A stretch of DNA of 64,000 nt from Octopus sinensis (Eukaryota). A program made the position numbers and the translations under genes. The stretch spans positions 11,532,001 through 11,596,000 of the forward strand of contig NC_043016.1 in NCBI RefSeq assembly GCF_006345805.1, in the 5' to 3' direction. Positions 24,389 to 36,300 of this stretch are shown here, one piece after another; the stretch's first letter is position 1; each line of letters opens with the position of its first letter. The notes beneath the pieces are model-generated. The model ran no database searches and was not told the origin of the DNA. It saw only the letters and a list, made by a program, of their open reading frames with translations.

Positions 24389-24608
24389 CTGGCAGAAACG
24401 TTAGCATGCCGGGCGAAATGCTTAGCGGTATTTCGTCTGCGTTACGTTGTGAGTTCAAATTCCGCCGAGGTCGACTTTGCCTTTCATCCTTTCGGGGTCG
24501 ATAAGTTAAGTACCAGTTACGCACTGGGGTCGATGTAATCGACTTAATCCGTTTGTCTGTCCTTGTTTGTCCCTTCTGTGTTTAGCCCCTTGTGGGTAAT
24601 AAAGAAAT
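24389..24608 (+). mobile_element. tRNA-derived SINE family B (Deu/Nin-like central domain) with 12-bp TSD
   Basis: GAGTTCAAATTCC B box; GTCGACTTTGCCTTTCATCCTTTCGGGGTCGATAA core; AGGTATATGGAG at both 24377-24388 and 24609-24620. Confidence 0.9.
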
Positions 24609-24675
24609 AGGTATATGGAGTGAAATGATTAAGCTTTCGAAAACATGTGGAATGAATAACAGTTAAAGGGCAGAG

Positions 24676-24782
24676 GTAAATAATACGTACACCACCCGTT
24701 TTCGGCGTAACAAAATCCCTAACCCTAAACACCGGGTGTACGTATTCTTTACTTTCGTCCCCTTAAAGTAGTTAAGGGGTCG
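24676..24782. repeat. Two adjacent hairpins, the first with CCCTAACCCTAA in its loop
   Basis: GTAAATAATACGTACACCACCCG / CGGGTGTACGTATTCTTTAC, and CGTCCCCTTAA / TTAAGGGGTCG. Confidence 0.7.
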
Positions 24783-24944
24783 GCAACGGGAAGAATATCT
24801 CGCTGTAAAGTCCTGTGTAAATGTCCCTCGTATAACCGACCTAATCCAACCTAGTCTGCGTTAGTCTGAATAAACGGAGGTTAAACCAACGAAACTAAGA
24901 TTGGATGAAGACCTCTCTTTTTCTCTCACCTCCTCCACATAAAT

Positions 24945-25312
24945 ACATCCATGCATGGTTGTGCGGTTGAAAAGCTTACTTTCCAACTATATGGTCTTGG
25001 ATTCAGTCCTACTGCGTCACCTTGGGCAGGTATCTTCTGCTAAAGCCCTTGGGCCGATCAAAGCCTTGCGAGTGGGTTTGATAAGTAGAAAACGTATAGA
25101 AGTCAGACGAATGCGTGTGTGTGTTCATTGACAACCAGTGTTGGTTTGTTTACGACACCGTACCTTTGGGGTTTGGCATAGAAGCTAATAGACCAAGTAC
25201 CAAACTTTAAAAAAAAGGTGGGGTGCTGAGGTCGATTTGTCTGACTAAACCATTCAAGGCAATACTCAAGCATGGCCGTAGTTCAATGGCTGAAACAAAT
25301 AAAGGATATAAA
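24945..25312 (+). mobile_element. SINE family A, diverged
   Basis: Recognisable head, CORE-like segment and tail. Confidence 0.75.
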
Positions 25313-26328
25313 GATTATGTTCGTTTCATGCCGAGTATTGCAGTCCTGATGTCACGAAACCAACGATAACATTCGGACAAATGTTATATTTTGTTACAAG
25401 TAATATATCGTTTTGACGATTTAAAAAATATATTACTAATATTGATGGTACTTTAGTTGCAGACTTAAAGACGACTAAATGGTAATATATATATATATAT
25501 GTCCTCTTCTGTTTTTAATCATTTGAAGTCTCCTTCTTGTAAAGAAGGGGTTGGCTTCTAACAAAGATACAAAGCTCCAATGCTGGAATGTAGTTAACAA
25601 GAGTAAATTCAAATTTTGAACTTGAGAAAAGTCTTGCATATTTTTACTGTTCCATTTAAAGATTGCATTTGTAATGTGTGAGTCAGTCGATTGGTTTCTC
25701 TTCCTGAAAACCCCTAACTTATCCATATTGTCACTTGGACATTTATTCACAGAAACCAAGTTCAATTATTATTGATAGAAATGTGAATTTATAATCTGGA
25801 TTTAGAAGCGATTTTCGAAGAGATGTTCACATCAGCAGATCCATTGATATTCATGATGGTTCATACTATTTCTAGTCTGTCCCATATAACGATATCCGAT
25901 CTGTTATGTACGTTATCGTTAGAACTATCATCGCTACTCTCTCTATTACCTTCAATTAATTGCATCGTAGAATTAATTCGTGACTGACCGACTACTATTT
26001 TTGTTGTTTTATCTCAAAGCAGGAACTAATACGCAATATAATTCGCATATCTAACGAGAACAAGAAAATAATGTCTGTATTAAATTAATAGGAATAAATT
26101 TGATGCATTACAAGCAGTGAAAACAAAATGTACAGTGTGATTTTTATTTAGACAAAAATGTTTGAATCAATGTTACATTTTATAGTTGGTTAATAATAGA
26201 TGCTTCTGTTATAGTTTCTAAAAGTTCTTAATTCTAAATAGAGTTCAAAGACATTCAGAGAAGACAACCTAGGAAACAAACAAACAAAAAAAATGTTTTC
26301 CAAAGAAAAAGTTCGATGGAATGAAATA

Positions 26329-26720
26329 GGCGCAGGAGTGGCTGTGTGGTAAGTAGCTTGCTAACCAACTGCATGGTTGCGGGTTCAGTCCCACTGCGTG
26401 GCATCTTGGGCAAGTGTCTTCTGCTATAGCCCCGGGCCGACCAATGCCTTGTGAGTGGATTTGGTAGACGGAAACTGAAAGAAGCCCGTCGTATATATGT
26501 ATATATATATGTGCATGTTTGTGTTTGTCCCCCTAGCATTGCTTGACAACCGATGCTGGTGTGTTTACGCCCCCGTCACATAGCGGTTCGGCAAAGGAAA
26601 CCGATAGAATAAGTACTGGGCTTACAAAAGAATAAGTCCCAGGGTCGATTTGATCGACTAAAGGCGGTGCTCCAGCATGGCCGCAGTCAAATGACTGAAA
26701 CAAGTAAAAGAGTAAAGAGT
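26329..26720 (+). mobile_element. SINE family A, young full-length copy
   Basis: Complete, CpG-rich. Confidence 0.92.
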
Positions 26721-26949
26721 ATGTAAATGAGTGAATGAAATAAGAGTTGAAGGAAGCAAATTTACTGCACAGCAACAAAAGATGAGCTGCAGAGTTATTA
26801 AGAGGCTTGTAGTTTAACTATAAAGGAACAAAGCTAAATATCTGAGGTATGCCTTGAAATAAAACGGGTTGTATACGATTATTTTATGCTCCTATATATA
26901 ATCATATCAGTTTCTGTACATAGCTTTGCAATGTTTTTCTCATAATTTT

Positions 26950-27071
26950 TGCAAGGAAGCTGCAGTGGAGTGATTTTCCGTTGCTTTCTCGAGCTAGACA
27001 TGAAAACTTTCAGAAGGAAGAAGTGCAGGGTGGGGTGGGGTGAGAACTCTAACAACAACTTAATTAACGGC
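26950..27071 (+). other. Candidate upstream (5' UTR) exon (unverified; start arbitrary)
   Basis: Unique CpG-containing sequence ending in GGC|GTAAGT. Confidence 0.2.
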
Positions 27072-27184
27072 GTAAGTGAAGTGGAATTACTTGCCACAAA
27101 TGCAAATCGAAACACGCTCGCACTTATAAAAAAACCAAAAAAACAGAAAGTCGACGAGGATGTTGGATGTTTCAATGATTTATT

Positions 27185-27725
27185 CTTTTATACTTGTTTC
27201 AGTCATTTTGACTGCGGCCATGCTGGAGCACCGCCTTTTTAGTCGAAGAAATCAACCCCAGGACTTATGTAAGCACCAACATCGGTTGTCAAGGGATGGT
27301 GGGGGGATTAACACATACATATATAGATATATATATACACACACATATATACATAGGTGAAGTGGCTGTGTAGTAAGTAGCTTGCTTACAAGCCACATGG
27401 GTTCAGTCCCACTGCATGGCACCTTGGGCAAGTGTCTTAGCCTCGAGCTGACCAAAGCCTTGTGGATTCTAAGCTTACAAAGAATAAGTCCTGGGGTTTG
27501 CTCGACTAAAGGCGGTGCTCCAGTATGGTCACAGTCAAATGGCTGAAACAAGTAAAAGAGTACACAGACGATGGGCTTCGTTCAGTTTCCGTCTATCAAA
27601 TCCACTCACAAGGTTGTGGTTGGCCCGAGGCTACAGTAGAAGACACCCAAGGTGCCGCACAGTGGGGCTGAACCAGGAACCATGTGGTTGGAAAGCAAGC
27701 TTCTTACCACACAGCCACTCCTGTG
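27185..27725. mobile_element. Three interleaved SINE family A fragments (-, +, -)
   Basis: Tail on minus at 27185-27345; deleted plus copy at 27357-27560; head on minus at 27570-27725. Confidence 0.8.
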
Positions 27726-27866
27726 TGCCTTCTAATTATATATTTGGAACCCCCCTTTCTTTCTCACACACAACTAAAATGCGGCGGGAAACATTTTTCT
27801 CAAGCAGTTCTATCGTTCGCGCACCCACAGTCTGGCGAAACTTGGAGATTATGTGTGTCCCAGTTT

Positions 27867-28262
27867 ACTCTTTTACTCATTTACTTGTTTCAGTCATTTG
27901 ACTGCGGCCATGCTGGAGCACCGCCTTTAGTCGAGCAAATCGACCCCGGGACTTATTCTTTGTAAGCCCAGCACTTATTCTATCGGTCTCTTTTGCCGAA
28001 CCGCTAAGTGACGGGGACGTAAACACACCAGCATCAGTTGTCAAGCAATGCTAGGGGGACAAACACAGACACGCAAACACACATATACATACATATATAC
28101 GACGGGCTTCTTTCAGTTTCCGTCTACCAAATCCACTCACGAGACATTGGTCGGCCCGGGGCTATAGCAGAAGACATTTGCCCAAGATGCCACGCAGTGG
28201 GACTGAACCCGGAACCATGTGGTTAGTAAGCAAGCTACTTACCACACAGCCACTCCCGCGCC
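27867..28262 (-). mobile_element. SINE family A, young full-length copy
   Basis: Complete head to tail. Confidence 0.92.
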
Positions 28263-28640
28263 TTTTTGTATTTTATGTTGTTCGATTTTGTTCTGCTCAC
28301 TACATTAAATAAGTTAACATTAATTAAATTGTTGTTTTCCAAGCGAACGGCATGCCTTGAATAAATTAACTTCAGAGTGATTTATTAAATTTAAACATAC
28401 TATTTCTTTAAATACTTGCTCATGTATATGGTACATGTGATTATTGAATCTATCGTCATAATAGCTAATACAGTGAAGTCTATGGTTTTCTTCATAGATT
28501 GAAACTTGTCGCGCGGGTTAAAAATATTAGCCGTTGAGCTGGTCTTTTCTTCACCACGTCGGTATTTCTAAACAGCATTGTTTTTATTTAAATTTTTAAT
28601 GCTTATCATATTGTATATGTTTACATAAACTAGACATACT

Positions 28641-29074
28641 GGCAATCTTTCGTCTCTAGTAGACCTTTCCGTCGATTTCCGTAAAACTTTTTTTTTTTTT
28701 TTTTACATATGGGCTTGCGGGAACTTTTGAAGTAATGATAGCGAAAGAGACTAAGAGAAAGCGATTTTATGACGAGGGAAGTTCTTTTGAAGTTACCGTG
28801 CATGGCAAGCATTGATGTACATGTGTGTGTGTGTGTTTGATGGAGTGTGGGAGACAGACAGTATGTTGTGTAAGTGAAGTGCTTCTGTTAGTGTGTGTGA
28901 AGAGACAGAGAGAGAGTAATGTGTGAAAGATAGAGATAACTGAATTTTTTTACTCGGTGTATGTGTATATATGTATGTATATTACTTCAAAAGTTCCCGC
29001 AAGCCCATATAAAAAAAAAAAAAAATTTTTTTACGGAAATCGACGGAAAGGTCTACTAGAGACGAAAGATCGCC
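28641..29074. mobile_element. MITE with approximately 95-bp terminal inverted repeats
   Basis: Arms 28641-28736 and 28981-29074 are near-perfect reverse complements; superfamily not determined. Confidence 0.85.
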
Positions 29075-29439
29075 GACATAATTTTAAATTCACAAATTAC
29101 ATACAATAGGGAGTGTAACCAGTAACAAGCGCCACATACTCCTTTCTCAGTTTTTTTTCTTTTTTTTCTTTTTTTTTTTAATCCTTTCAACCGAGGTCAT
29201 TTTGGCCTTCCACCCTTCTGGGATCGTTAAATAAATTGCCAGTGGAATCACTGAACCCCTTTACTCCACTCAACACCTGATTTCTTATTTTCTCCTCACC
29301 TGTTTGAAACCATTACATTGCAAGTATTGCATCTTCATTTTGTACCGTTGCTTCACCTTTGGGAGTAAAAATTGGTCATCATAGTTGTTGTTGAAGTTGA
29401 GAGAGTCTAAAACATAGTCAGGTGGTAGATCTCTTTCTC

Positions 29440-29842
29440 TTTTTTTTTTTCTCTTTTTACTTGTTTCAGTCATTTGACTGCGGCCATGCTGGAGCACCGC
29501 CTTTGGTCGAGCAAATCGACCCCGGGACTTATTCTTTGGAAGCCCAGTACTTATTCTATCTGTCTCTTTTGCCGAACTGCTAAGTGACGGGGGCATAAAC
29601 ACACCAGCATCGGTTGTCAAGCAATACTAGGGGGACAAACACAAACACATACACACACACACATATATATATATACATATATACGACAGGTTTCTTTCAG
29701 TTTCCGTCTACAAAATCCACTCACAAGGCTTTGGTCGGCCCGGGGCCATAGCAGAAGACACTTGCCCAAGGTGCCATGCAGTGGGACTGAACCCAGAACC
29801 ATGTGGCTGGTTAGCAAACTACTTACCACACAGCCACTCCTT
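29440..29842 (-). mobile_element. SINE family A
   Basis: Complete head to tail. Confidence 0.92.
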
Positions 29843-30659
29843 TTTTTTTTCAATAAATTTTTCCTCAGCTTTCACCCGATTGTAATTGAAGTTGCTAATA
29901 AAATATCTGGATAATTTGGTGGGTTTAACCAATCAGTATATTTTTCTCTGTTAGATTCCAAGTCAATTTTCCAGCACACTAATGTATAACTTAATAATTT
30001 CAATAAAATGGGGCAAAATGAGTAATGACTAATTTCAATAAATTCTTCTCTTTATTACATGATGGGAAGAGAGCCACTCCTGCAGTTAGTGAAAAAGTTG
30101 AAGAGAATATTTCGTGTCGAGGTTTAGATTTGGTTGAGTTTTATTAATTTCATATCATGTATCATTTTTCCATGATCCTTTTTCATTTAACCTAGATATT
30201 TTAAATTTTTGTTGCAATTCTGATTTTTACTGATTTATATGAGTCTTTTCTCAAATGTAATTCTGGAGAACCGAAGTGGCAAATTTTCTTTATTTTGTCT
30301 TAGTCATTTTGCCCATCTAAATTTGTCTTTTATATACTCAAAGAGAACAGTGATAATTTTCTGGGATCTAGTTGGTTTGGCCACTAGCATTTCAAAAATT
30401 AAAGTTTATCAAAATTTTTTTAATTTGGCACACTAATATACTTTTCCAAGCTGAATTGCTGGAGTTAATTTACTTTTTCCAGAAAAATGTTTTTAAAACG
30501 TTATAAAGGTTTGAAGTTCAATCATAATGTCAGAAAACAAGATTTGGAGGCTGTCATTTTGTGTGTAACTGCACGTTGTCAACACTCTGAAAACAGCATG
30601 TGTTTTTATAAAAAAAAACTGTAAACAAATCAAATTATGCTAAACGTACAACATATTAC

Positions 30660-31020
30660 CCCTTCTTTTACTTGTTTCAGTCATTTGACTGTGGCCATGC
30701 TGGAGCACCGCCTTTAGTCGTGCAAATTGACCCAAGGCTTATTCTTTGTAAGTCTGGTACTTATTCTATCGATCTCTTTTGCCGAACCGCTAAGTTACGG
30801 TGACGTAAACATACCAGCATCGGTTGTCAAACGATGGTGTGGGGACAAACACAGACACATATACACACGCACACATATATATATATACATATATACAACG
30901 GGCTTCTTTCAGTTTCCATCTACCAAATCCACTGACAAGGCTTTGGTCAGCCTGAGGCTATAGTAGAAGACACTTTCCCGGGGTGACATAGTGGGACTGA
31001 ATCTGGAACCATGTGTTTCG
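30660..31020 (-). mobile_element. SINE family A inside an old DNA-transposon-like AT-rich repeat (about 30440-31540)
   Basis: The SINE is clear; the flanking repeat is inferred only from style (CATAACTTTTT..GATTGGCTAAAA). Confidence 0.75.
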
Positions 31021-31758
31021 TAAGCAAGCTACTTATCATCCTCATAACTTTTTTAAAATTTTGAATTTTCAGAACATTTTGGCAAATTTGTACTCTACAC
31101 ACGGGAATTCATATGATTATGCAAGTGGCAACATGTAGAATATATTTGTTAACACATGTACTTTCTTGCTGACAAAACAATTCTCATGTTTGGCTTGTTA
31201 CTATGGAAACAGGCATGAATGTGTCTATGGCTTATGATTGGCTAAAATTACCCAAAAATTTCAAACTTTATTAGCTAATAACTTTCTATTTATTGATTTA
31301 TATCGAAAATAATTCATTACACTGAATATGAAACCAATTCAGACAGAAGTTGATGCTGGCAACGAAACCAACTAGGTCCATTTTTGGAAATAGTGTTCTG
31401 AATATGAAATAGTGTTTTTTATGCATTTAGAGAAGGTCCTTTACTTAGCTGATATAGTTTTTGTAAGGTGGTGAACATTTGTTAAAAAAAATTTTTTGTC
31501 AAGGTTAAAAATGCAGTAAATCTTACACATTGTATCCCACCCCCTATATGTGTATGTGTGTAACATATTTATATATACATTGTGTGTGTGTGTGTATTTA
31601 TATATATATATATATATTAGTACAGTTCCAAAGTGGTGAATTGGTGGAATCTTTAAAGCGTGGTATAGAATAACTGTGTATTATGATCCTTTGGGTTCAA
31701 ATTCCTCTGGGGTCCTTCCAGGATCAATGGAAAACGGACGTTAACGATGATGATGATG

Positions 31759-31804
<46 letters not shown>

Positions 31805-31890
31805 TATTCGAGACAAAACCACTATTTTGCAAAACAAACAAGGAAAGACTTAATCAATACAAAAAATTTTAATAAATAGTCAAAAAACCG

Positions 31891-31933
31891 CCACTACAAT
31901 CGTTTCTTGTCTTGATCGACAATCTTCAGGTGG
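31891..31933 (-). ncRNA. Minimal type I hammerhead ribozyme motif
   Basis: Minus strand: CCAC-CTGAAGA-TTGTC(GATCAA)GACAA-GAAA-CGATTG-TA-GTGG; stem I 4 bp, stem II 5 bp, short stem III, GUA cleavage triplet. Confidence 0.75.
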
Positions 31934-31939
31934 ACTTCC

Positions 31940-33500
31940 AATCTAAAAAATCAATATTTTAAAATATAAAAATAATAATTTTTAAATAATTAAAGTATGA
32001 ATGAAAAAATATAAGTATATAATCCATATATAACCTATCTATAATCCATATATAAACAATATATAAACAATATAAACTAAAAAAACCTATCAACAATAAA
32101 TATAAAATATAAAATATAAAACAAAAAAAATAATAATAATATAATAATAAACTATATATACACCCATACGCATATACCTAATTATATATAACCATATCTA
32201 ACTACATACACTAAATCACACACCTATATATATATCCCTATACATACACATAAAAATGTCTAGGCAACTATAAATAAATAAATAGCTAAATACTTCAACA
32301 CAATACTTATTCATACTCCCACACACACACACATACAACCCACATTCACGCTCTAGAAAACGGACATCACTCAAAACTATGAACGGAGAAATGGAATAAA
32401 TGGAATTAAAAATTATATTCACTTGGTAAAACGAACACTACTTAAAAATTATGAATGAAACAATGCAATAAAACAACAGACATCGCAAATAGACACAAAT
32501 TACTAAAAATTCCTTATCAAACCTACCATGATAACCAAAACTCATAAAAACATATAATGATAAAATCTCCCTTTACTAAACTCTATAACAACCTATATAG
32601 CAATCCCCCTAACCTAAACATTCACACACAATACACACGTAAACCACACACCCACGACATATACAAATACCCACACCACTTACACATACCAATACATACA
32701 TATAAACCTCAACATATACTCCAAAAACCCACTCAACCCCACACAGACAAATAAACACAAAAATATGAATGGATTCTTTTACAAAACTACCATGATAATC
32801 TAAAACTCACAAAACAGAAATGATAAAACCTCCTTTACTAACACTAAAACATACTTATATAGCAATTCCTTTAACCTATACATTCACACACAAAACCACT
32901 CGTAAACCACACACCCATAACAAATACAAACTCCCACCCCACTCACACACACCCACAAGTACATATAAGCCTCAACATATACACCAAACAAAATTACTTT
33001 ACCAAGGAACTTAACATATATATAAAAAGTATAACCGCTCTGGAAACGAACATCTCTAAATTAATGAATGGAGAAATGGAATAAATGGAATAAAAATAAA
33101 ATTCACGTGGCAAAACGAACACCACTCAAAAATTATGAATGAAACAATATAATAAAACAACCAACTTCGAAAATAGACAAATTACTACGAATTCCCTAAA
33201 AAAAACCATGAAAACCAAAACTCTTAAAAAACATATAACGATAAAATCTCCCTATGCTAAACTCTATAACAAACCTATATAGTAATCCCCCTAACCTAAA
33301 CATTCACACACAAACACACACGTAAACCACAGACCCACGACTTATACACATACCTAAACTAACTTATAAACCTCCATATACACCAAAACCCACTCCCTCC
33401 CACACAGACAAATTAACTCATACATCCCAAAACCTAAATAACAAACCCATATACACATTCACACACAAACACACACACACGCAAAACACACACACACAAC
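31940..33500. repeat. G-depleted A/C-rich tract with about 2.5 diverged copies of an approximately 350-400-bp unit; possibly Penelope-derived
   Basis: Units at about 32350, 32770 (partial) and 33038 share GGAGAAATGGAATAAATGGAA..AAAATTATGAATGAAACAAT..CCCCCTAACCTAAACATTCACACAC; plus frame gives HALENGH, weakly Penelope-like. Confidence 0.6.
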
Positions 33501-34222
33501 AGATACATATACTCCCTCACTGTATTTTGGGTATGTCCCTAGTAGTGTGCCAGCAAAGTATGTTCACCTCTTATGGCGACTTGGCATCATCCAGAGTAAA
33601 TGTACATTTGTCACTGGCTCTACATTATGAATTCCTCAGTGCATCTTAGATATAGTAGAAATACTGGAAACTTTATTTATCACAACAATCATTTTGGCAC
33701 ATTCTGCTACCACTCCCTAGTGGGCCGGGAACAATATAACATATTCCAATGCATCCGACATTGCAGAAGTGCCCCCCACCCCGGTCCAGCAAACCCTACC
33801 TCATTCAGTAGTCATTCTTCATTCATTATTAATGTATTTAAGACGTGACTGCTACCAGCTATGAGTGGAATGTCATTTATGTTAACTTAAAACCGTGTTG
33901 TGTCACCCGAAGAGGCACCTCTGCACTGTGGGATGCATTGCAATTCATATTATTATTCCCCAGCCACTAAGGAACACTGCAGAATGTGTCAAAGTGATCA
34001 CTGTGATACAAAAAAAAGGTTCCGGTATGCTCAGTTTACCAAAAATTCATAACTTCATTCAGTCATACCGTGTCACAGGTTTGGTCGATTATACATTAAC
34101 AGGTAATTTAATTTAATTGCAGATGCAGTAGATAAATAAATTATGGATATCCTTAAGCATCATAAACATATATGAATATTAAAACAGCTTGTGCAGTCTT
34201 TTTGGCAGTGTTATGTTTTGGT

Positions 34223-34640
34223 TAAGGCAGCAAGCTGGCAGAACTGTTAGCATGTCAGGTGAAATGCTTTGCGGTATTTCATCTGCCGTTACGTTCTGAG
34301 TTCAAATCCCACTGAAGTCGACTTTGACTTTCATCCTTTCGGGGTCGATTAAATAAGTACTAGTTATGTACTGGGGTCGACGATATAATCGACTTAATCT
34401 GTGTGTTTGTCCTCTCTGTGTTTAGCCCCTTGTGGGTAGTAAAGAAATAGGTATTTCATCTGTCTTAATGTTCTGAGTTCAAATCTTGCCGAGGTTGACT
34501 TTGTCTTTCATCCTTTCCCTTTCATCCTTTCAGGATCAATAAATTAAGTAACAGTTGCATACTTGGGTAACTCAAATTGACTGTCCCACCCCCTCCACAA
34601 AAATTTCAGGCCTTGTGCCTAGAGTAGGGGGTGGAAAAGT
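34223..34640 (+). mobile_element. SINE family B followed directly by a 5'-truncated second copy
   Basis: First copy ends AAAGAAATAGGTATTTCATCTG, which overlaps the internal GGTATTTCATCTG motif that starts the second copy. Confidence 0.85.
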
Positions 34641-34796
34641 GTTATATTTCGGTCGTATTTTGATACTTGTGTGATGTCAGTATGAATGTTTAGTGATACA
34701 ATATATTTTTGAAGTTATATTTTGACTGTGTCCTTATGATTATTTAATCAATATCTGTGACATTGTTTTGTTTTTGTTTATATATAGGCGCAGGTA

Positions 34797-35132
34797 AAGG
34801 CGCATGGCTGAATGATTAGTGTCAGGCTCACAATCAAGAGGTAGTGAGTTTGATTCCTGGACTGGGCTGCGTGTTGTGTTCTTGAGCAAGACACTTTATT
34901 TCACGTTACTCCAGTTCATTCAGCTGTAGAAATGAGTTGTGACGTCACTGGTGCCAAGCTGTATCAGTCTTTGCCTTTCCCTTGGATAACACTGGTGGTG
35001 TGGCGAGGGGAGGCTGGTATGCATGGGTGACTGCTGGTCTTCCATGAAAACAACCTTGCCCAGACTTGTACTTTGGAGGGGAACTTTCTAAATGCAGTCC
35101 CATGGTCATTTATGACTGAAGAGGATCTTTAT
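34797..35132 (+). mobile_element. tRNA-derived SINE, family D
   Basis: GGCGCATGGCTGAATGATTAG..GAGTTTGATTCC head; GTGTTCTTGAGCAAGACACTTTATTTCACG body. Confidence 0.8.
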
Positions 35133-35569
35133 TCTCTATAGGTGCAGGTGTAGCCATATGGTAAGAAGCATTCCTCCCAACCACATGGTTCCAGGTTCAG
35201 TTCTACTGCATTGTTTCTTGGGCAAGTGAGTGGATTTGATTGACCGAACCTGAAAGAAGCCTGTCTTTATATATATATATATAAAGTAGTTAAGTCTCAT
35301 AGAGTGACCAATGGTTTTACATCCACAAAAGGCTTAGCCCCATGAATGTCTTGTAAGATTCTATTTACCTCTAGGAGGCAGGAATCAATTATAGTGATTT
35401 GGTCAGTAAATCACCAAAGAATAAATAATCCAGGGTCAATGAGGACAGGTTGTCTCTCTTAGACCAGCACATGTGACCCAAAAGAGGGGCAATGGGATTG
35501 TTTTCCTTAGGCTGCTTTTAAATCATAAGGATCCTTCCTAGTCTAAGCAGAGAACAGGGAATCCGATGC

Positions 35570-35800
35570 TTGAAGCAGGTAGTGTTTGAAATGAATGCAA
35601 GGGCTGTAAATTTCCTGGCAAGTGTTCAGTGATCCAGGTTTCAAGGAGTCTTTGAGTATCCTTGCTTGCTCACCTATACAAAGCTTGCAGTATTCGTTCC
35701 TGTTAATGTAGGATCCTAGCCACTCTAAAGATCTTCCATTTAATATCGTGTGAGGTCCCTTCATCTTTGAGGTTTCACACATTGCTGGCCAGAGTGGCAC
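35570..35800 (-). pseudogene. Penelope-like GIY-YIG endonuclease C-terminal remnant
   Basis: ATLASNV*NLKDEGTSHDIKWKI, a frameshift, then LEWLGSYINRNEYCKLCIGEQARIL..SLN..EIYSPCIHFKHYLL, matching the PLE pattern LSKYIW.LK....IKWKI..C.LCL.EK..I..LN.R.E....C.H..K.LL. Confidence 0.75.
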
Positions 35801-35864
35801 CTCAAATTATGTTCACCAACAAATGGTCCCTTGTGACACTTTCTGTTCAGGTGTGATTTAGCTA

Positions 35865-36020
35865 CAGGTTTGGTTTTGTGGTAAGAAGCTTGCTTCCAAC
35901 TATGTGGTCTTGAGTTCAATCCTATTATATGGCACCTCGAAGAATTTTCTTCTATTATAGCCCCAGGTCAACCAAAGATTTGTGAGTGGATTTGGTAGAT
36001 GGAAACTGAAAGAATCTTGT

Positions 36021-36052
<32 letters not shown>

Positions 36053-36300
36053 TCTTTGTGTTTATATTCAGTCCCCACCACCACCACTTGACATCTGGTG
36101 TTGGTTTATTTACATTCCATAACTTAGCAGTTCAGCAACAAAAAAAAGTAAATTAAAAAAAAAGAAGACTGCTAGAATATGTACTAAGCTTTAGAAAAAG
36201 AGTTCTGTGGTCAATTATTTTGACTAAACCCTTGAAAGTAGTGCCCTAGCCTGGCCTGCTCCAACATGGCCATGGTCCAAAAACTAAAACAACTAAAAGA
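35865..36300 (+). mobile_element. SINE family A, diverged (another head fragment at 35140-35265)
   Basis: Head, CORE-like segment, (TG)n(AG)n and tail recognisable. Confidence 0.8.

Noticed and set aside
24716-24727. Interstitial telomere
   Set aside because: Only two CCCTAA units; similar short matches at about 32588, 33289 and 55740 are within chance or repeat context.
25475-25990. Minus-strand 96-aa ORF and short neighbouring ORFs in the CpG-rich zone
   Set aside because: No recognisable domain, no clear splice donor, and stops in all extended frames; left unannotated.
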